The position numbers and the translations under genes were made by a program. 64,000 bases of DNA, from the IMG/VR virus record IMGVR_UViG_3300028392_001993, positions 64,001-128,000 of that record; one strand, given 5' to 3'. Position 1 is the stretch's first letter, and each line of letters starts with the position of its first letter. Origin of the DNA: a virus. A model generated the notes under the pieces. It was not told the DNA's origin. It saw only the letters and a program-made list of their open reading frames with translations, and ran no database searches. Positions 7,413 to 15,717 of this stretch are shown here, piece by piece.

Positions 7413-7602
7413 GAAAACAAAAGATCGATTTGATCTTGAGCAAGAGATTTTACAATGCTGGAACATCACTGACGACATCAAAAACTATGTTGCTGAGAGT
7501 GCCACATCTGAGGAGTTTTCAGCATTAGCACAGTACTACGAACGCAAGTTTGATCGCTTGTGGAATACATTTGAATCAATGATTCACGAAAGAAAAATGT
7601 GA
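7393..7602 (+). CDS. Hypothetical protein
   Basis: ATG 7393 with RBS GGAGG; DRFDLEQEILQCWNITDDI. Confidence 0.65.
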   Translation: MEIEMIEKTKDRFDLEQEILQCWNITDDIKNYVAESATSEEFSALAQYYERKFDRLWNTFESMIHERKM

Positions 7603-7781
7603 GCGAGGTTCAAAAACGCATGAAGGAACTCATGGCACCTGTTGAACAACAGATTATGATGTGTGACGATCGTGAAGATCAATTGATGATGGCCTGTGCT
7701 ATGTTGCAACGCACAAGGGAATTGTTTGACTATCACCTCGGTGAAGAAGGACGTAAAAAAATGTTTAAGGATTTAGTATAA
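7599..7781 (+). CDS. Hypothetical protein
   Basis: GTGA overlap; 60 aa. Confidence 0.6.
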   Translation: MSEVQKRMKELMAPVEQQIMMCDDREDQLMMACAMLQRTRELFDYHLGEEGRKKMFKDLV

Positions 7782-7966
7782 TGTACGCATGGATGGTAAA
7801 ATATCAAGATGTTATTTCTGGCTTTGTGTCAGGTATTAGTTTAATGAGCGCCTGTGATTACTTTGCAAAAGGCGATATGACATACGGCGGGTTGAGTCTG
7901 TTTGTGTCAGTAGCAAACTTGTTGTTGATCAACAAGAAAATTGGACAGCATGGGCAACCAAACTGA
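7781..7966 (+). CDS. Small membrane protein
   Basis: Two hydrophobic segments; TAATG overlap. Confidence 0.55.
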   Translation: MYAWMVKYQDVISGFVSGISLMSACDYFAKGDMTYGGLSLFVSVANLLLINKKIGQHGQPN

Positions 7967-8189
7967 TTACTTTAACCGTGTGGGTTACCAGGCCACATGG
8001 AACATAGGCGATCGTGTGTTTGGTAAGTGGAACCGGATCCCGTTTGTGGGCACGGTTGGCAACGATCGTTTGCTTAACCACCGAGACGGTCCCGAGATCA
8101 CAGTACACCTAGATTTACCTATCCAGTTTGACAATCGGATATATAACTTTATCATTGTCAAACACAAGGACATTAAGGAGTACCGATGA
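7950..8189 (+). CDS. Hypothetical protein (small beta-barrel-like)
   Basis: ATG 7950; IGDRVFGKWNRIPFVGTVGND. Confidence 0.6.
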   Translation: MGNQTDYFNRVGYQATWNIGDRVFGKWNRIPFVGTVGNDRLLNHRDGPEITVHLDLPIQFDNRIYNFIIVKHKDIKEYR

Positions 8190-8401
8190 ACTCAGTAGAC
8201 ATGGCCACTAACTTAATCTTTAGGGCAAAAAACTTACAGGAATTTACGGTCACTACCGAACTTCCAAATGACTTCAGCTTCCGTGGAGTTATACCGTTCG
8301 ATATGCAAATTACAGGTAGCATACTGGAAGCCCGAGTTTGGGCAGTAGACTTTGATGAAGCAGTACATCGCCTAAACGAGTTTCTCCAAAATACCGACTA
8401 A
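8186..8401 (+). CDS. Hypothetical protein
   Basis: ATGA overlap. Confidence 0.6.
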   Translation: MNSVDMATNLIFRAKNLQEFTVTTELPNDFSFRGVIPFDMQITGSILEARVWAVDFDEAVHRLNEFLQNTD

Positions 8402-8438
8402 AATTATTTCATTGGATATTTAGACATTAAATATCTAT

Positions 8439-8648
8439 ATGGAAAACGCACAACTTACTATTGCCGATTTGGCAAGCCTAAAACAAATCATTGATGCCGC
8501 TTGTACCCGCGGTGCATTCAAAGCCGCAGAGATGAAATCTGTTGGCGATATCTATGATAAACTTTCCGCATTCCTGGACGCTGTTGTAACTCAACAAAAA
8601 GCCCAAGAAGCAGAACAAGCACAACCTCAAGGAGATCAAAATGCTTAA
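8439..8648 (+). CDS. Hypothetical protein
   Basis: LTIADLASLKQIIDAACTRGAFKAAEM; TAAATA box at 8428-8433 just upstream. Confidence 0.7.
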   Translation: MENAQLTIADLASLKQIIDAACTRGAFKAAEMKSVGDIYDKLSAFLDAVVTQQKAQEAEQAQPQGDQNA

Positions 8649-9384
8649 ACACGTAGGACGACACGGTGACCGCAAGGTTGCTATTCTTTTTAGAGAAGTA
8701 CCCGGTGAGGAGCACATGTGCCTTGTGGTATATCCAGAAACCATGCCCACACATATTCATAACAGTATCATGCAGACCTTAGAAAGTGCCGCAGGACAGG
8801 CCGCAACAAACTTGTCAGAAGTGTTGCACCGCAACTTGTTGCCCGATGGTCGCGCACAGTTGGAAGCATTGCACCGCGAAGGCATGATCAAGAAGATTGC
8901 CACCAATCAAGTTATTGTTACTCCCACACCACAAAGTAATGTGAAGTTAGATGAGATGAACAAGATCATCCGCGAGATGGAACAAGGTGGGGAAGCACTC
9001 AAGCGTCTACAAGAACTTGATGCCAGCGCCGGCATGGTCGATCCAGCACAAAAGCGCAAAGCTGAAGCAGAATTCAAGCGTGGTCAAGAACGTGCCGCAC
9101 AAGAAACACGCACACCTTATGTGCCACCACTACAGTCAACTGATGGTGCATTGGATGACAAAACTCTTGCGGCCAATATGCTTGCACAGGCCAAACGTAT
9201 GGAAATCGAAGCCAAGGGTATGATTGCAGAAGCCGCTAGAATGAAGAAAGAAGCACAGCACTTGAATCCTAGCGTTAACGCAAAAGAGTATGTTGCACCT
9301 GTTGCAGAATCTATCACCCCAACGGCACCTCGTAAAGGTCGTCCTCCTAAATCCAAGGTAGCGACTGCCGATGCCGTTCAGTGA
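8641..9384 (+). CDS. Conserved phage hypothetical protein
   Basis: 247 aa, MLKHVGRHGDRKVAILFREVP...; coiled-coil C-terminal half and basic tail. Confidence 0.7.
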   Translation: MLKHVGRHGDRKVAILFREVPGEEHMCLVVYPETMPTHIHNSIMQTLESAAGQAATNLSEVLHRNLLPDGRAQLEALHREGMIKKIATNQVIVTPTPQSNVKLDEMNKIIREMEQGGEALKRLQELDASAGMVDPAQKRKAEAEFKRGQERAAQETRTPYVPPLQSTDGALDDKTLAANMLAQAKRMEIEAKGMIAEAARMKKEAQHLNPSVNAKEYVAPVAESITPTAPRKGRPPKSKVATADAVQ

Positions 9385-9673
9385 TGAATTCATTCAGCAG
9401 TGGGAACATATAATCGAAGAAGTTAACAAAACTGAAGTCCCGCTGGAGTGTATTAAAAAAGTTGTAATCAGATTAGATGATCGTAAACAAAAGACGATCA
9501 ATCTGGCTACACTTAGAAAACAGGGTCTCGATCTAAACGAGTTAGAAGTTGTGTTGACCCGCACACTAACTGAACTTGGAGACACAGTGCGTGACGTTGA
9601 CTTTGTGGTCGATGTCCAGGCAGTTGCCAAACTTGTGCAACCCCAAACTGATAAACTTTTAAAAGATATATGA
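9371..9673 (+). CDS. Hypothetical protein
   Basis: Operon-like overlaps on both sides. Confidence 0.65.
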   Translation: MPFSDEFIQQWEHIIEEVNKTEVPLECIKKVVIRLDDRKQKTINLATLRKQGLDLNELEVVLTRTLTELGDTVRDVDFVVDVQAVAKLVQPQTDKLLKDI

Positions 9674-10338
9674 ATGTCAAACTCGTCTCCTATTCACAGC
9701 CAACCGAAGACTTTAGAAACCAGGGCGTTGACGATGCTCAAGAACTTATCGCTTTCTGCGCCCGAGTATCCAATCCCTCCAACCAGTTCAACAATGAAAC
9801 CAGCGAAAAACTCATCCGATACCTCGTTAAGCACCAGCACTGGAGTCCACTCGAAATGGTTTCAGCTTGCATGGAAATTACGACAACACGAGATATTGCA
9901 CGGCAAATCCTCAGACACAGAAGTTTTAGTTTCCAAGAGTTCAGTCAACGATATGCTGACCCGACAAAAGATCTTGAATTTGTTACCCGCAGTGGAAGAC
10001 TTCAAGACCCAAAGAATCGACAAAACAGTATAGAGCACGATGACACGTTGTTGGAGAACGAATGGTATCGTGCCCAGCAAAGAGTAATTTACGCGGCGCG
10101 GCGTGAATATGAATGGGCTATCAAGAACGGCATTGCCAAAGAACAGGCTCGTGCTGTGTTACCAGAAGGCTTGATCCAAAGTCGTATCTACATGAATGGT
10201 ACGCTAAGATCTTGGATTCATTATTGCGATCTAAGATCGGCACACGGGACACAACAGGAACATATGGAAATTGCAAAGGAAATAGCCAAGGTTATATCTA
10301 AAATATTTCCTATGATTGATGGATTCGATAGTGAGTAG
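9670..10338 (+). CDS. thyX: FAD-dependent thymidylate synthase ThyX
   Basis: ThyX signature RHRSFSFQEFSQRY; HWSPLEM; EQARAVLP; GTLRSW. Confidence 0.95.
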   Translation: MNVKLVSYSQPTEDFRNQGVDDAQELIAFCARVSNPSNQFNNETSEKLIRYLVKHQHWSPLEMVSACMEITTTRDIARQILRHRSFSFQEFSQRYADPTKDLEFVTRSGRLQDPKNRQNSIEHDDTLLENEWYRAQQRVIYAARREYEWAIKNGIAKEQARAVLPEGLIQSRIYMNGTLRSWIHYCDLRSAHGTQQEHMEIAKEIAKVISKIFPMIDGFDSE

Positions 10339-10939
10339 AAATATTATTAATTGATATTTCTGTCCTACAATGTATACAAGAACATCTTAACTGTTTCTTA
10401 CCAAATGCGGCTCTACTCATTTTTTCTTTAGTTTCCAATGAATGGATTCGACCAGTATTATAAGCCGTTCTATCTTTTGATCTTTTTTGTTTTAAGATCT
10501 TAGCCTGTTCTTTGCCGTGTATTTGTTCGTATGTTTTTCCTTTACGAGTTTTTGACAATTTTTCAGATCTGAGATGTCTCAATAATTTTGCTTTCTCATC
10601 TCCATATCGTTGTTCGTAGGTTTGTCCTTTTCCGCGATTTAATTTAGAATAATCAATGTATTGTGATGTGTCACCACCATCCCCTGATTCAGGTTTGAGA
10701 TTTGCCCACTCAATCGATTCTACAATATTAAGTTTTTCAGATAGGGGGATTGAAAATTTTTTTAATTCTTCATTTGTAGAGAATGTTCCTAAAATCTCAG
10801 TAGTAACATCATACCCGTGTTTTTTAATGTGTTCAGTCCATCTTTTTCCTGATCCTTTATATTTGTAAGGATCTCTAACTGTTTTGCCTAAATATTTTAA
10901 TCCTGTTTTATTGTGTGTTTTAATATAAAGATAAATCAT
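10310..10939 (-). mobile_element. Free-standing GIY-YIG homing endonuclease with NUMOD3-like DNA-binding repeats and a C-terminal Zn finger
   Basis: IYLYIKTHNKTGLKYLGKT...YKGSG...WANL; repeats KGQTYEQRYG / KGKTYEQIHG; HSLETKEKMS; CSCIHC...H...H; ATG 10939 with RBS GGAG; AT-rich; converges on and overlaps the thyX stop. Confidence 0.85.
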
Positions 10940-10956
10940 AATGTTTCTCCGTACTT

Positions 10957-10964
10957 TATTTATG
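10957..10964 (-). promoter_or_regulatory. T4-type late promoter box for the homing endonuclease
   Basis: CATAAATA on the minus strand, about 18 nt before ATG 10939. Confidence 0.55.
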
Positions 10965-10968
10965 ATAC

Positions 10969-10998
10969 TTGACATTTTAACGAATTGCGTGCTACAAT
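10969..10998 (+). promoter_or_regulatory. sigma70-type promoter
   Basis: TTGACA (10969-10974), 18 nt, TACAAT (10993-10998). Confidence 0.7.
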
Positions 10999-11003
10999 GT
11001 GTT

Positions 11004-11330
11004 ATGGCGATAACACACAATGAACAACCAGAACATTGGCAGCCTGCAATGACCAAAATCATTGATGGGCAACCAGTACGTTTCCGTGACGTATGCGTAC
11101 ACGAAATACGCATGGGCGATGTAGAAGATCCAGATCTATTTGTAGCCGAACCAATGTGGAAGTGGCAAGAATCAGATGCTGGTAAATTCATTATGAAAAC
11201 TGCTGTGGACAAGCCTTACTGGACTCGCGGCATGGATCCGCACAGTTATGGACACATGTATCGAATTGTGGCCAGACTCAGCGAACAAAATGAAACATTC
11301 TGGCGACTCAAATGGGGAAATAATAAATGA
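11004..11330 (+). CDS. Conserved phage hypothetical protein
   Basis: VHEIRMGDVEDPDLFVAEPMWKWQESDAGKFIM; ATG 11004 preferred. Confidence 0.7.
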   Translation: MAITHNEQPEHWQPAMTKIIDGQPVRFRDVCVHEIRMGDVEDPDLFVAEPMWKWQESDAGKFIMKTAVDKPYWTRGMDPHSYGHMYRIVARLSEQNETFWRLKWGNNK

Positions 11331-12298
11331 GTAAATTTTTAGTAACAGGCGGTATGGGTCTAATTGGCCACAATGTAGTACAACGGCTAGAAGCCAAGGA
11401 TCACGAAGTTGTGATTGTGGACATCATGACCAACTACGGTATTATTCCACAAGACGAACTCGAGTACTTGTTGGACGAGCGACGCAAGAAGATCCGGACT
11501 CAGGACATATATCGCACTGATATATCTGATGCGTGGACATTTGATCGTGCAGTAGAGAATCACAAGCCTGATGTGATCATACACATGGCAAGTTTTCCGC
11601 GCCAGAAAGTTGTGAATGCCAACCCTGCCTGGGGTGCCAGAGTCATGACGGAAGGTTTGATCAATGTTTGCGAGAGTGCCAAAAAGCACGGTGTAGAGCG
11701 TGTGGTGTACATATCTAGTAGCATGGTATATGGAGACTTTGAAGATCAAGTACTAGAAGATCATGATTGCAAACCCATTGGTCAGTATGGTATTATGAAA
11801 CTCGCAGGAGAAGATATTGTTAAAGATTATCATCGTCGCAATTGTTTTGATTATTGCATTATTCGTCCCAGTGCTGTGTATGGGCCCTTGGACGTTGAAG
11901 ACCGAGTGGTTGCAAAGTTCATGTTGGCCGCCATGCGTGGCAACACACTACAAGTTAACGGTGCAGGAGAGACCCTGGACTTCACCTACGTAGATGATGC
12001 CGCGGATGGTATTGTTGCGGCAGCCACACGTATCATGAGTGCCAACAAAACATTCAACATTACCAAATCACACTCAGTAAGTTTGTTAGAAGCCGCAGAA
12101 ATGATTGTTAAGATTGTGGGCCGGGGCACCATTGAGTGTCGTGATAAGGATGCAGACTTCCCTTCACGCGGTGCCTTAAATATCGATCGTGCAAGGACTA
12201 TACTGAGCTTTGATCCCAAAGTAGACGTAGAACAAGGATTTAAAAATTACTACAACTGGCTTGACAATTCCCCATACTGGTCTAAGAAAACAGTATAA
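11327..12298 (+). CDS. NAD-dependent NDP-sugar epimerase/dehydratase (extended SDR)
   Basis: TGGMGLIG Rossmann motif, SSSMVYG, YGIMK (YxxxK), RPSAVYGP, DFTYVDD. Confidence 0.93.
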   Translation: MSKFLVTGGMGLIGHNVVQRLEAKDHEVVIVDIMTNYGIIPQDELEYLLDERRKKIRTQDIYRTDISDAWTFDRAVENHKPDVIIHMASFPRQKVVNANPAWGARVMTEGLINVCESAKKHGVERVVYISSSMVYGDFEDQVLEDHDCKPIGQYGIMKLAGEDIVKDYHRRNCFDYCIIRPSAVYGPLDVEDRVVAKFMLAAMRGNTLQVNGAGETLDFTYVDDAADGIVAAATRIMSANKTFNITKSHSVSLLEAAEMIVKIVGRGTIECRDKDADFPSRGALNIDRARTILSFDPKVDVEQGFKNYYNWLDNSPYWSKKTV

Positions 12299-13349
12299 CA
12301 CTCTCCGTACGGAGATCCTGGACACAACAGATGAAGTGTTACGTTCAGGTGTTCTCATGGCGGGCAACTATACTGCTGAGTTTGAAAACTGGCTGGCTCG
12401 GAAGAATCATGTGAGTTATGCAGTGACCTGTCACTCAGGCACACAAGCACTAGAGATTCTGGCCAGTTACTATCGTGATCCAACTGCGCATGAATTAGGT
12501 AATCTCATATCTCCCACAGTGATTGTTCCTGCGCTGACTTATCCAGCCACAGCCAATGCTTTTTTACGTGCAGGTTGGCAAGTCATAATTGGAGACACTG
12601 ACTACTACGGTCAACTTGACGTGAAAAAGATGATCAATGACTTGGACACACACTATCATGCTGTGTGTGCCGTGGGCTTGTATGGTGCAGCCTTGCGTGA
12701 CATGCGGCCAGTTCAAAGTCGAGCCGTCCTGATCGAAGATGCGGCCCAACACTGGTTAAGTAATGGGTGTAAGAGACAAGGTGATTCTACTGCTATCAGT
12801 TTTGATCCTACCAAGAACTTGGCCAACTATGGCAACGGTGGTGCAATTGTGTCAGATGATAGAAATCTACTGGACTATGCTAGAAACTGGGCAAACAATG
12901 GCAAACACACCGGTCACATGGAAACAGGATCAAACTCCAGAATGAGTGAGACAGACTGTGCTCAAATGATGGTCAAAACTAGATACATAGATGCTTGGCA
13001 GAAACGTCGAAGTGAAATAGCCGCACACTGGATCGAACTGTTTAAGAAGCGTAATGTTCGTACACTAATCGATGACAGCAACTTCAAGGATCATGCTTAT
13101 CACAAGTTTGTGATTGAAGTAGACAATCGCGACGAAGTTCAAAAGCAAATGAACATACGCAAGATTGAAACCAAAATACACTATGCTGATCCCTTGTGGG
13201 ACTTGCCGGCATACGAAGGTATGGGGCAGGGAGATATTTTTAGTGCGGCCTATGCACTGAGCCGACGTTGTTTGAGTTTACCTATCTACCCCGAACTTAC
13301 AGATCTAGAAGTAGAATACATCAGCGATCAGTTGTTAGAGATCGTTTGA
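12261..13349 (+). CDS. DegT/DnrJ/EryC1/StrS PLP-dependent sugar aminotransferase
   Basis: HSGTQAL, TYPATANA, IEDAAQ, SFDPTKNL (PLP Lys), GSNSRMSE, LSLPIYPEL; TTG start overlapping the epimerase. Confidence 0.92.
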   Translation: MTIPHTGLRKQYNTLRTEILDTTDEVLRSGVLMAGNYTAEFENWLARKNHVSYAVTCHSGTQALEILASYYRDPTAHELGNLISPTVIVPALTYPATANAFLRAGWQVIIGDTDYYGQLDVKKMINDLDTHYHAVCAVGLYGAALRDMRPVQSRAVLIEDAAQHWLSNGCKRQGDSTAISFDPTKNLANYGNGGAIVSDDRNLLDYARNWANNGKHTGHMETGSNSRMSETDCAQMMVKTRYIDAWQKRRSEIAAHWIELFKKRNVRTLIDDSNFKDHAYHKFVIEVDNRDEVQKQMNIRKIETKIHYADPLWDLPAYEGMGQGDIFSAAYALSRRCLSLPIYPELTDLEVEYISDQLLEIV

Positions 13350-15717
13350 CAAACGCATAACTGGCCAGCCACGCCCACTCATAACTTTTCTTGAGTGCCT
13401 CAAAGTCCCCACCAACTTCTTCATAGTACTCCACAGCATCCTGGGCACCTTTTGAACTCCACTCACCTGCACCGTGGTCTACCTCAAGCCATTGCTTTAA
13501 TCTGTATTCATTTTCCACATCTGGCAAACTGGCTCGTAGTTTAAGTGCTTCACGGAATGCTGTGCGCCAAGCAACCCAGTTTGAGGTATAGTATATGGCT
13601 TCACCTGATAGTATGGGCACCACTTCATGTGCTTGGTCCAGTGTAAAGTCCAGACCCTGACCTATATTCTCCAATACCAACTTCTTATTGTAAGCAATCA
13701 TGCCTTGATGACCATATTCAAGATCATTAATGGTGTTTTTGGCATGAAAGATATAGTGCTTGGCTTGTTGCATACGATCAGGTTGCCACGACCAATCAAA
13801 GTGTTGATTTACTCGCAGTTTAGCAAACACTGCGAAGAACCAGGGTGTGGTACTGAGTTGGGCTGCCGCATGGTACGCTGCCACACGGCCTGACACACCA
13901 TCTGACCAGTGTATGTGATTGGGAACATGTCTAGCCACAGTTTCCAACCAACTGTATAATTCAATGGCATCTTTCTCTCCATTGCTGATAAACACAATGT
14001 CCAGTGGTTGATCGTTATCTTTGCGATGTGTTCGATCTATGTAAGGATAATCATACAACTGTGTCTTGATATAAGGAACTGCTGTTTTAGGAACAATCAC
14101 ACTGGTAGCGCCCTCACTAAGTGGCACAATAGTTTTAACATTCTCTCTCCACAACGGAACTGTGACCAAGTTACCCGACACACAGTCAGTGTTAGTAAAC
14201 AACGCAAGTGGTCCTGCCCAATCTTGCGTACGAACTGCTTCTGCTTGGCTGTCAAAGGTGTGTTCAACAATAGGCATAGGTTTGCGCGATACACTAGTAT
14301 TCACAAAGTTTACATCATACCATTCCAACAAGGCTTTGCGACTACCGTATTCAGCAAAGGTAGGAACGTGCATATAGAAGGTGTCCCCAAACTTTTGTTC
14401 GTCACTAGCAAACACATGCAACATGGTGGCTTGCCATTGTTCAGGGTGCCAACTGAAATCAAATTCACTGTAATCGCAAATGCTTGAGCATACCCAAACA
14501 AACTCATACTTGCCTAACAAGTTATTTGCCAAACGAACCAGTGTGTCTCTATAATTGTCAAAATATCTTACACATTTTATTGTGTTAGGTATTTGTCCAG
14601 CATTGCCATCCAAGTGATCAATTTCTACAATCACTGCTGATGTTGAATCAACTTTGATTTTTATCTGTTCAACATATTTTGTTTCTGTAGCGCCAGGCAC
14701 AGTATACACCGGACCACCTGTGCGCTGGTGCTGTGTTCCAAACTGATATATGTAAGGTGGTTCTGTAGCATCAGGGTGCCAAGTCCAATCAAAACTCAAA
14801 GTATCAGCACCGATTGGTATGGTCCAGTTGTTATCAGTACTAACTTTGGTTGTGCGCGGATATGAAATATATTTTATTTCTGTTGCGCCCGGAACAATAT
14901 ATACAGGACCACCTGTGCGCTGATGTTGTGTTCCAAACTGATATATGTAAGCAGTATCGCCCGGATCTGGCACCCAGGAATAGTTTACTGTTGCAGGATC
15001 TATGTTGTCAGGTACTGACCATCTAGTGGTGTCAGAAAATAATTTAGCAGTTGGCCAACGCACATATTTTCGTTCTGTTGCGCCCGGTACACGATATTCC
15101 ACAGTAGGCATTTTTTCTGCTGGCCACCATTGATTGCCAAACACATAGATGTAAGGAGGATCTCCAGGGTCAGGAACCCAACTGTAATCCATGTCGCTTT
15201 CGACCACATTGTACCAAGGTCGATTGGGGTTCTCAGCCAACTCGGCTCGCGGACGATCCATGTACTTGCGTTGTGTGGCGCCGGGTACTGTGTATTCTAC
15301 TGTGGGCATTTTCTCTGCAGGCCACCACTGATTACCAAACACATAGATGTAAGGCGGGTCATGTGGATGTGGTGCCCAGGTATAATCAAACTCAACCCTA
15401 TCAATCAAAGTATCAAACTCAACAGGTATGGCTCGATTTGGAATAATTTTTTTATGAAAGTGATATTTGATCTCTCCCGAACGTGGTACAAGGTATGTGC
15501 CTGAGTATTCATGATGTTGGTTGGGCCATACATGTGTATAGTCACTTTGCCAAGGCACAGGTTGAAAATCCCAATCGTGTGTGTTATAATCAGCTAAGTA
15601 TGTTATCCACCAAAAATACCTGGTGCGACTCAAACTTTGAGCGTGTTCTATACTGTCGGCCTCACGCTCGTGTGCAAATTGATTGGGTTTAATTCCCGAA
15701 TAGAAAACGTCAAACAT
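13321..15717 (-). CDS. Multi-module glycosyltransferase-like (GT-A) protein with four internal ~66-aa repeats
   Basis: C-terminal domain (LDIVFISNGE...GVSGRVAAYHAAAQLSTTPWFFAV...YGHQG...AWRTAFREALKL) parallels ORF 36735..37661. Confidence 0.6.
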   Translation of the reverse strand: MFDVFYSGIKPNQFAHEREADSIEHAQSLSRTRYFWWITYLADYNTHDWDFQPVPWQSDYTHVWPNQHHEYSGTYLVPRSGEIKYHFHKKIIPNRAIPVEFDTLIDRVEFDYTWAPHPHDPPYIYVFGNQWWPAEKMPTVEYTVPGATQRKYMDRPRAELAENPNRPWYNVVESDMDYSWVPDPGDPPYIYVFGNQWWPAEKMPTVEYRVPGATERKYVRWPTAKLFSDTTRWSVPDNIDPATVNYSWVPDPGDTAYIYQFGTQHQRTGGPVYIVPGATEIKYISYPRTTKVSTDNNWTIPIGADTLSFDWTWHPDATEPPYIYQFGTQHQRTGGPVYTVPGATETKYVEQIKIKVDSTSAVIVEIDHLDGNAGQIPNTIKCVRYFDNYRDTLVRLANNLLGKYEFVWVCSSICDYSEFDFSWHPEQWQATMLHVFASDEQKFGDTFYMHVPTFAEYGSRKALLEWYDVNFVNTSVSRKPMPIVEHTFDSQAEAVRTQDWAGPLALFTNTDCVSGNLVTVPLWRENVKTIVPLSEGATSVIVPKTAVPYIKTQLYDYPYIDRTHRKDNDQPLDIVFISNGEKDAIELYSWLETVARHVPNHIHWSDGVSGRVAAYHAAAQLSTTPWFFAVFAKLRVNQHFDWSWQPDRMQQAKHYIFHAKNTINDLEYGHQGMIAYNKKLVLENIGQGLDFTLDQAHEVVPILSGEAIYYTSNWVAWRTAFREALKLRASLPDVENEYRLKQWLEVDHGAGEWSSKGAQDAVEYYEEVGGDFEALKKSYEWAWLASYAFVKRSLTTDR
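14690..15390 (-). repeat. Four tandem coding repeats (A,A,B,B) with periods of 198, 204 and 195 bp
   Basis: PPYIYVFGNQWWPAEKMPTVEYxVPGAT twice (anchors 15336 and 15138); YIYQFGTQHQRTGGPVYxVPGATE twice (anchors 14934 and 14739). Confidence 0.9.

Noticed and set aside
9670-11212. Group I intron in thyX carrying the endonuclease
   Set aside because: thyX is complete with a normal C-terminus and in-frame stop, no second exon follows, and the endonuclease is free-standing and antisense.
10940-11212. N-terminal extension of the endonuclease ORF (track start 11212)
   Set aside because: It is antisense to a real gene and crosses its promoter; the GIY-YIG motif, RBS and late box all point to ATG 10939.
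12261-12290. Internal sigma70 promoter at TTGACA 12261
   Set aside because: No -10 hexamer at 16-18 nt spacing.
14690-15390. CRISPR array or DGR template/variable repeat pair
   Set aside because: The repeats are in-frame coding units of about 200 bp with no unique spacers, differences are not adenine-specific, and no reverse transcriptase or cas gene is present.
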